Shown here: positions 57,493 to 64,000 of the stretch, in pieces | Layout of the letters: the number at the start of each line of letters is the position of its first letter | Numbering within the stretch: the stretch's first letter is position 1 | DNA from: an alpha proteobacterium SCGC AAA288-G21 | GTDB lineage: Bacteria > Pseudomonadota > Alphaproteobacteria > Pelagibacterales > Pelagibacteraceae | Reading direction: 5' to 3' | NCBI GenBank assembly: GCA_000513075.1 | Contig: AZYC01000001.1 | Span: forward strand, 11,624-75,623 | Length of the DNA: 64,000 nt | Notes under the pieces: model-generated | Told to the model about the DNA's origin: nothing | Seen by the model: only the letters and a program-made list of their open reading frames with translations | The model's database searches: none | Position numbers and translations under genes: made by a program

Positions 57493-58790
57493 AATTTTGA
57501 TAGAATTCTTGGTTTTGGTCCACCCGTATACCAATCAATTATCTCAACTGTATGCAAAATAGGTATTGTTGTCCCATTTGCAATTTGAGCTATACAACCG
57601 ATATTACCGGTAGAAATTATATTTGGTTTAACTTTTTCAATATTTATTATTTTTTCTTTAAGTAGTTTATCTGCAATTTCAGTCTGCAACATATTATATG
57701 TGCCTGCGGAACCACAACAAAGATGTCCATCCGGAATTTCTATAACCTCATTTCCTGTTTTTTTTATTAAATTTATTGGTTCAGTATGAACTTTTTGTCC
57801 ATGTTGCATAGAGCACGGAGAATGATATGCAATTTTGTAATTTTTATCTTTATTTATTTCTTTAAAATTAAGTTTTAAATTTTCAGTCAAAAACTCGGAA
57901 ATGTCCTTTGTGAGTTCAGAAATTTTCTTAGCTTTTTTCTTCAGTTCTTTATCTTCTCTAAAAATAAATCCATAGTCTTTTAAAGTAGTGCCACATCCAG
58001 AGGTATTGGAAATAATTGCATCCAAACCTCTATTTAAATATTCTTCATACCAAATAAGTATATTATTTTTAAAATCTTTATGTGCAGAGTTTTCTTTCCC
58101 TAAATGATGATTTAAAGAACCACAACATTCTATTTTTTTTGGAACCACAACTTCGACTCCATGCCTATTTAGTAGTCTAATGGTGGCTTCATTGATTTGG
58201 GGGGAAAGTGTTCTTTGTACACAACCTGATAAAAGTGCAATTCTAGCAATTCTTTTCCCAATTTTTACTGGGTATATTCGTTTTTCTGCCAATTTTTTTT
58301 TAGGAAATTGTGATGGCATTAAAGTAATCATTTTTTTAATTTTAGTAGGAAATAAAAATTTAATTGGTTTTAGTAGCCTGGTAAAAAAACCTAAAATTCG
58401 AAATAAATTTTGATTGGGCAGTATTATTGAAAGAAAATTTCTAATTTGTTTATCCCAGAAAGGCCTTTCATAATTTTTTTCAATATAGTTTCTGCCATGA
58501 TCAATGAGGTGCATATAATTAACCTCAGAAGGACATGTGGTCATACAACTATAACAAGATAAACATCTATCAATATGTTTAACAACATTTGCTGATGGTT
58601 TTTTTTCATTTTCCAACATATCCTGTATTAAATAAATCCTTCCCCTGGGCCCATCTAATTCATCACCCAACAATTGATATGTGGGACAGGTGGCATTGCA
58701 CATACCACAGTGGACACACTTTCTAAAAATTTTTTCTGAAGATTTATTATCTTTGTCTTTAAGTTGGTTTTCAGTAAAATTGGTCTGCAT
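57489..58790 (-). CDS. glcF: Glycolate oxidase iron-sulfur subunit
   Basis: 433 aa. Two 4Fe-4S motifs, CVHCGMCNATCP and CLSCYSCMTTCP, plus C-terminal CCG domains. Confidence 0.92.
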   Translation of the reverse strand: MQTNFTENQLKDKDNKSSEKIFRKCVHCGMCNATCPTYQLLGDELDGPRGRIYLIQDMLENEKKPSANVVKHIDRCLSCYSCMTTCPSEVNYMHLIDHGRNYIEKNYERPFWDKQIRNFLSIILPNQNLFRILGFFTRLLKPIKFLFPTKIKKMITLMPSQFPKKKLAEKRIYPVKIGKRIARIALLSGCVQRTLSPQINEATIRLLNRHGVEVVVPKKIECCGSLNHHLGKENSAHKDFKNNILIWYEEYLNRGLDAIISNTSGCGTTLKDYGFIFREDKELKKKAKKISELTKDISEFLTENLKLNFKEINKDKNYKIAYHSPCSMQHGQKVHTEPINLIKKTGNEVIEIPDGHLCCGSAGTYNMLQTEIADKLLKEKIINIEKVKPNIISTGNIGCIAQIANGTTIPILHTVEIIDWYTGGPKPRILSKL

Positions 58791-60070
58791 TAAATACTCC
58801 TGTACATTTTACCAGGATTAAATATCCCTTTAGGATCAAAACTTTCTTTAATTTTTTTTGATATATGTAATCTTGTCTTATTAATTGTAAAAATATCTTT
58901 TAGTGGAACAGAATTTTCAGAACTTTTAATAACGGTAAGATAACCACCTAGTCTTATAATATAGTCTTTAATATTTAATAACTTTTCTTCATTCATATCT
59001 GATATTTCAATCCAAAATAAAGAACCACACCAATCAATATAATATTTATAATCACTGTTTAAATATCTCATTAAATCAATACACTTGAAAGGAGGTATGA
59101 CAATTCTTACCAGGCTATTTTGAGTATTTGAAAATATTTCAAGATTATTGATTCTTTCCCAAAACAACAATGATTGGTGAACATCTAAAAGAGATTTTTT
59201 TTTATTTTTAAGATCCAGTTCAATTGTTAAATCTCGAATTCTTTCATCAATTGATTTTTTTGATCCTTCCATTCTTAACGCCAAAAAAGGTCCCTCATTT
59301 TTAAGATCATTAAATCTGAATATTTTTTCACGATTTTGAATATATTTTTTATTATTTGGTTCAATTGGCACAAATACCGAACCTGATATCTCATTACTAG
59401 AACTTTGAATGTTATTAAATAATTTTGCTATTTCTTCTTTACTATCTTCATGTATTACTAATGTGCTACTAGAATCCTTTGTTGGAAGAACTTTAAAAGT
59501 GATCTCTGTTAATGCAACAAGCGTCCCGAAAGATCCTGTAATTAATTTGGAAAGATCATAACCTGTAACATTTTTTACGACTGTTCCACCTGACTTTATT
59601 GTGTCTCCTTTCCCATTAACTCCCCTAAATCCTAAAACGTGATCTCTAACACTTCCTGATTTAAACCTTCTTGAACCTGAAAAATTACATGAAAGACATC
59701 CGGCGGCTGTACCTTTATTGCTTTTCGAAGAACTAATATATCCAAAATTAATTGGTTCAAAAGATAGTTGTTGATTATTTTTTTTTAAAACTTCTTCAAT
59801 GTTTGCTATAGGAGTACAAGCCTTTACTTTTATATAAAGTTCTTCAGGTAAATATTCAATGATTCCAGACAATTTTGAAAGATCTAGTATTTTCGCACAT
59901 TGCAATTTATTACCTATAAAACTTTTTGAGTTCGAGCCTATGATTTCAGTTGGAAGATTTTTTTTATAAAGATCTTTTATAATTTGAGAGACTTTTTCTT
60001 CATTATCAGGCTTTAATATATAATCAGAATCTTGGGAGATCTGGGAATTTTTCCTCACCTCTACGGACAT
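58790..60070 (-). CDS. glcE: Glycolate oxidase FAD-binding subunit
   Basis: FAD-binding PCMH-type sequence. ATG 60070 is preceded by AGGAAGGA; the ORF-track GTG is at 60091. Either start overlaps the glcD 3' end. Confidence 0.85.
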   Translation of the reverse strand: MSVEVRKNSQISQDSDYILKPDNEEKVSQIIKDLYKKNLPTEIIGSNSKSFIGNKLQCAKILDLSKLSGIIEYLPEELYIKVKACTPIANIEEVLKKNNQQLSFEPINFGYISSSKSNKGTAAGCLSCNFSGSRRFKSGSVRDHVLGFRGVNGKGDTIKSGGTVVKNVTGYDLSKLITGSFGTLVALTEITFKVLPTKDSSSTLVIHEDSKEEIAKLFNNIQSSSNEISGSVFVPIEPNNKKYIQNREKIFRFNDLKNEGPFLALRMEGSKKSIDERIRDLTIELDLKNKKKSLLDVHQSLLFWERINNLEIFSNTQNSLVRIVIPPFKCIDLMRYLNSDYKYYIDWCGSLFWIEISDMNEEKLLNIKDYIIRLGGYLTVIKSSENSVPLKDIFTINKTRLHISKKIKESFDPKGIFNPGKMYRSI

Positions 60071-61520
60071 GGACTCTTCCTTCCTCTGCACACTTTCTTA
60101 GTATTGGATAAACTTTTCCTGGATTGAGCAGATTTTTTGTATCTAAAGACTTCTTAATTTTAAGTTGTTGTTGAATATCATTATCATTAAACATTTCACA
60201 CATTAACTCTCTCTTTTCTATCCCAACTCCATGTTCACCTGTTAATACTCCACCAACTTTTACACAATATTTCAAAATTTCAGCACCAAACTCTTCAGTT
60301 TTTCTAAGCTCTTCTTTATTGTTAGCATCAAACATTATAAGCGGATGTAAATTACCATCACCTGCATGAAATGCATTTGCAACTGGTAAATTATATTTTT
60401 TTGATAATCGTTTTATTTCTTTGAGAACCTCTGAAAGTTTACCTCTTGGTATTGTTCCATCCATACAATAATAATCTGGTGCCATTGCTCCACAGGCTGG
60501 GAATGCAGCTTTTCTGCCAGCCCAAAATGATAACCTTTCTTTTTCATTTTGGCTTGTTCTTATACTTGTAGAATTATTTTTTTTTGCAATATCACTAACT
60601 TTATTTATGAGTTCATCAACCTCAGAATTTGTTCCATCTAACTCAACAATCATCAAAGTTTCTGCGTCTTTAGGATAGCCTGCTTTACAAAAATTATCTG
60701 TAGCTACAATTAAAGCTTTATCCATTATTTCCATGCCCGATGGAACAATGCCAGTAGAAATTATCTCTGAAACACAATTTCCTCCGTCTTCTATTGTAGA
60801 AAATCCTATTAAAGCTGCTTTAACAGTTTGTGGTTTCTTTAAAATTTTTACGGTCACCTCCGTAATCACTCCTAATAATCCTTCAGAGCCACAAATCAAT
60901 CCGAGTAAATCATAACCTTCTTGATCAAGTGTTTTTCCTCCCAATCTACAAACTGTCCCATCCATTAAAACTAACTCTACGCCTAAAATATTATTAGTTG
61001 TTGTTCCATATTTTAGTGAATGCACACCTCCAGAATTCTCAGCTACATTTCCACCAATTGAGCATGCCAATTGACTGGAAGGATCGGGAGCATAATAAAA
61101 ACCTTTATGTTGAACTGCATGAGTAATTGATAAATTTGTAACTCCAGGCTGAGCAATTACACATTTGTTATCAAAATCAATTTCTAGAATTTTATTAAAC
61201 TTACCAAGACCCAAAAGTATTGCATCATTCAAAGGTAATGCCCCACCTGATAATCCTGTACCTGCACCTCTTGGTATGATTTTAATTTTTTCTTCATTAC
61301 AATATTTTAATATATTGCTTACTTCTTGGGTATTTTCTGGCAATACAACAACTAAAGGTTTCTGTTTATAGGCAGAAAGTGCGTCAGTTTCATAAGGTTT
61401 TATTTCATCATTATGATCTAAAACATTTTCTGATTTTATTATTCTTTTTAATTTGTTTACAATTTTATCTCTATTTGAAATTGTTGATCGATCTACTTTT
61501 GGTAAAGCTAATTCAGACAT
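60024..61520 (-). CDS. glcD: Glycolate oxidase subunit GlcD (FAD-linked oxidase)
   Basis: 498 aa. ..IPRGAGTGLSGGA.. FAD-binding domain and a conserved C-terminal oxidase domain. Confidence 0.93.
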   Translation of the reverse strand: MSELALPKVDRSTISNRDKIVNKLKRIIKSENVLDHNDEIKPYETDALSAYKQKPLVVVLPENTQEVSNILKYCNEEKIKIIPRGAGTGLSGGALPLNDAILLGLGKFNKILEIDFDNKCVIAQPGVTNLSITHAVQHKGFYYAPDPSSQLACSIGGNVAENSGGVHSLKYGTTTNNILGVELVLMDGTVCRLGGKTLDQEGYDLLGLICGSEGLLGVITEVTVKILKKPQTVKAALIGFSTIEDGGNCVSEIISTGIVPSGMEIMDKALIVATDNFCKAGYPKDAETLMIVELDGTNSEVDELINKVSDIAKKNNSTSIRTSQNEKERLSFWAGRKAAFPACGAMAPDYYCMDGTIPRGKLSEVLKEIKRLSKKYNLPVANAFHAGDGNLHPLIMFDANNKEELRKTEEFGAEILKYCVKVGGVLTGEHGVGIEKRELMCEMFNDNDIQQQLKIKKSLDTKNLLNPGKVYPILRKCAEEGRVHVRRGEEKFPDLPRF

Positions 61521-61532
61521 ATTAAATAAATG

Positions 61533-62696
61533 CTAGCTTAACATATTATTAATTTTTTCTAAAGCTTTGGAAATATTATCTTGTGAAGTTGCAAAATTGA
61601 ATCTTACATAATCTGTTGCAAATTTTCCAAATGCAGTTCCAGGAATAATAGCAACTCCAGCTTCTTGCAAACATCTTTCTGTAAATTTTTCTCCATTCAT
61701 TCCGGTCCCCTTAACATTAGGAAATACAAAAAAGGATCCACCTGGTAAGCTACACTCAACTCCCTTTAAACTTCTTAAGCCATCTACGATAAGTCTTCTT
61801 CTTATAACAAACTCTTTCATCATATCGTTTAGATGATCTTCTGGTCCATCTATTGCTGCGATCGCGCCATATTGAGCTGCAGTATTCACACATGAGTGAT
61901 TATTTACGCAAAATTTGAATACATGTTCTATTAAATTTTCTGGCCATACACCCCAACCTAAGCGCCATCCTGTCATTGCATAAGTTTTACTCCATCCATT
62001 AAGTATAATGAGTCTGTCATAGAGATCGGGATAATTAAAAAAAGTTGGAATTTCTTTCTTATCGAATATCAATCTATCGTAAATTTCATCACATAAAATT
62101 GTTACATGAGGAAAATTTTTTAAACCTTTAGCTAATTTATCTATTACAGTTTTTTCAGTGAAACCACCGGTAGGATTATGTGGATTGTTTAAAATTAATA
62201 ATCGAGTGTTTTCATTAATTAAAGATAAAACTTTATCAGGATTAATTGAAAAATCTTTATTTTCAGTCATATCAAAAGGAACTGCTTTGGCTCCAGTATA
62301 GTTAATCATCGATTCATAAATAGGAAAACCTGGATCGGGATATATAATTTCTGCACCCAGTTCTCCAAATAAAGAAATGCCGTAATGCATTGTAGGTTTT
62401 CCACCTGGCATAATAACTATTCTCTCTGGATCTATATCGACGTTGTATAAACTTTTGATTTTTCGACTTACTGATTCTCTACATTCAATAATCCCATTTG
62501 GCAGCGTATAACCATGGTGACCATCTTTTAAAGCTTTAATTGTGGCGTCAACTGCATGCTTTGGCGATTTAAAATCGGATTGACCTAAACTTAAATCAAT
62601 AATTTTTTTTCCCTGTTTCGCTAATTTTTTTGTTTTCGCAAAAATACTATAGACCGCTTCAGTGCCAAGTCTATTTACACTTTTTGCTATTTTCAT
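61533..62696 (-). CDS. Class I/II PLP-dependent aminotransferase
   Basis: 387 aa. ..NNPHNPTG.. and PLP-lysine motif SKTYAMTGWRLG. Confidence 0.88.
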   Translation of the reverse strand: MKIAKSVNRLGTEAVYSIFAKTKKLAKQGKKIIDLSLGQSDFKSPKHAVDATIKALKDGHHGYTLPNGIIECRESVSRKIKSLYNVDIDPERIVIMPGGKPTMHYGISLFGELGAEIIYPDPGFPIYESMINYTGAKAVPFDMTENKDFSINPDKVLSLINENTRLLILNNPHNPTGGFTEKTVIDKLAKGLKNFPHVTILCDEIYDRLIFDKKEIPTFFNYPDLYDRLIILNGWSKTYAMTGWRLGWGVWPENLIEHVFKFCVNNHSCVNTAAQYGAIAAIDGPEDHLNDMMKEFVIRRRLIVDGLRSLKGVECSLPGGSFFVFPNVKGTGMNGEKFTERCLQEAGVAIIPGTAFGKFATDYVRFNFATSQDNISKALEKINNMLS

Positions 62697-63853
62697 TTAT
62701 AGTTTTTTCTAAATACTATTTTAGATCTGTTAAGTTCCTTAACTGACTTGCAGCCCATTAATATCATATCACGATTTATTTCTGCTTTCATTTTCTGTAA
62801 TATTGATTCAACACCCTTCTGACCAGCTGCTCCTAGAGCAAATAAATAACCTTTTCCGAAACTACAAGCTTTTGCACCGAGCGCTAAGGCTTTTAAAACA
62901 TGAGTTCCTCTCCTAATTCCTCCGTCAAGAATTACTTCTATTTTGTCTCCAACTGCATCAACAATCTCGCTAAGCTGATCAAAAGGCGCTCTTGAACCGT
63001 CTAGTTGTCTACCACCATGATTTGAAATCATTATTGCACTACATCCAATATCAATTGCTTTTTTTGCATCATCAACTGACATAACACCTTTTAGAGCAAA
63101 TGGTCCTCCCCATTTTTTTACACAATACTCAGCATCTTTCCAGTTCATTGAAGGATCAAACTGTTCGTTTATATAATCAATAACTGATTTATCAATACTA
63201 CTACCCTTATCTGTCATATGAATAATATTTTCTAATCTAAATTTACCACCAAACAAATAATTTAAGCTCCATCTAGGATGCAAAGCAAAACTTAAAAGGC
63301 TACTTAAAGTTAATCTTGGAGGTGTAGAAAATCCTGTTCTATGGTCTCTTTCTCTATTGCCAGCCACCACTGTATCTACAGTTAAACACACACTATTAAA
63401 ACCAGCATGCTTACATCTTTCGATTAAATTATCCGTTAATCCTCTATCTTTATGAATATAAATTTGAAATAGTTTGGGACCATTAGTTAACTTTCCAATA
63501 TCTTCAAGACTGGTTGTGGCCATAGTTGAAGTACCAAACATTGTACCCATTTTTTCAGCAGCCATTGCTGTAGCTCGTTCTCCGTGATGATGATAAAGGC
63601 GATGCATGGCAGTTGCTGAAAGAAATAATGGAAAGTCAATTTTTTGTCCTAAAACAGTAGTAGATAAATCTACACTACTTACATCGCTTAGAACGTTAGG
63701 TACTAAATCGCAGCTATTAAATGATTCAGTATTCCTTTTTAATGTTACTTCATCATCTGCACCGCCATCGATATAATGAAAAATTGGCGATGGTAGTTTT
63801 TTTTTTGCCAACTTTCTATAATCGTCAAAATTATGACAATCTTTAAGATTCAT
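62693..63853 (-). CDS. FMN-dependent alpha-hydroxy-acid dehydrogenase/oxidase (LldD / glycolate-oxidase family)
   Basis: 386 aa. ..SNHGGRQLDG.. and ..GGIRRG.. motifs of the FMN-dependent family. Confidence 0.9.
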   Translation of the reverse strand: MNLKDCHNFDDYRKLAKKKLPSPIFHYIDGGADDEVTLKRNTESFNSCDLVPNVLSDVSSVDLSTTVLGQKIDFPLFLSATAMHRLYHHHGERATAMAAEKMGTMFGTSTMATTSLEDIGKLTNGPKLFQIYIHKDRGLTDNLIERCKHAGFNSVCLTVDTVVAGNRERDHRTGFSTPPRLTLSSLLSFALHPRWSLNYLFGGKFRLENIIHMTDKGSSIDKSVIDYINEQFDPSMNWKDAEYCVKKWGGPFALKGVMSVDDAKKAIDIGCSAIMISNHGGRQLDGSRAPFDQLSEIVDAVGDKIEVILDGGIRRGTHVLKALALGAKACSFGKGYLFALGAAGQKGVESILQKMKAEINRDMILMGCKSVKELNRSKIVFRKNYK

Positions 63854-63871
63854 TGTTTTTGAAAATCAAAC

Positions 63872-64000
63872 TTAAAATTTTTTCAAGAAATTAAACATAT
63901 AGCTATTTGCCCCAGGGTTTTTATCTCCCAAACTTGCATTTGATATATGATTATAGGACATGCCCAACTGGCTATTTTCTGAAAGATTAAATGATGCTTG
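63872..64000 (-). CDS. 3' end (42 codons) of a gene truncated by the window edge; possibly an outer-membrane beta-barrel protein
   Basis: The minus-strand frame is open from the window edge: ..SFNLSENSQLGMSYNHISNASLGDKNPGANSYMFNFLKKF*. A terminal aromatic Phe and alternating pattern are the only hints. Confidence 0.3.
   Translation of the reverse strand, partial: QASFNLSENSQLGMSYNHISNASLGDKNPGANSYMFNFLKKF

Overview
The window is visibly AT-rich (about 30% G+C by eye, not computed) and almost gap-free. Most intergenic spacers are 0-30 nt, and many start and stop codons overlap. Gene content and architecture fit a streamlined free-living alphaproteobacterium of the SAR11/Pelagibacterales type; this assignment is an inference, since no marker RNA is present. 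About 62 protein-coding genes can be supported. I found no rRNA, tRNA, CRISPR array, transposase, integrase or prophage gene.

Gene order, left to right:
- rppH (truncated by the window edge).
- atpHAGDC and priA.
- A TCA super-cluster: lpdA, sucB, sucA, sucD, sucC, mdh, mmsA, sdhBADC.
- asd.
- An acyl-CoA/C1 block: hydrolase, acyl-CoA ligase and metF, plus a DmdC-like acyl-CoA dehydrogenase and a 3-hydroxyacyl-CoA dehydrogenase/enoyl-CoA hydratase fusion. This block is split by a plus-strand four-gene operon of unknown pathway: luciferase-like monooxygenase, DUF1185 'amino acid synthesis' protein, hydrolase and aldehyde dehydrogenase.
- leuBDC, then rplS-trmD-rpsP-(ABM-like orf)-ffh.
- dapF-ftsY.
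- Three small envelope genes, then an amidase with a TRAP transporter.
- lrp-cysE-cysK.
- A seven-gene sulfur-trafficking/metZ operon.
- Thiolase.
- A glycolate module: ghrA-like reductase, glcFED, aminotransferase and an FMN hydroxy-acid oxidase.

Items most worth follow-up:
1. The rhodanese/YeeE/MetZ operon, together with its 300-nt structured leader that carries an intrinsic-terminator hairpin.
2. A GC-rich, roughly 85-nt multi-helix element between ffh and dapF.
3. The uncharacterised monooxygenase operon.
4. Two core genes, sucB and asd, each broken by a +1 indel inside a homopolymer (G8 and A9).
5. Lys/Glu-rich C-terminal tails on S16 and L19 that share a motif, in an operon that lacks rimM.
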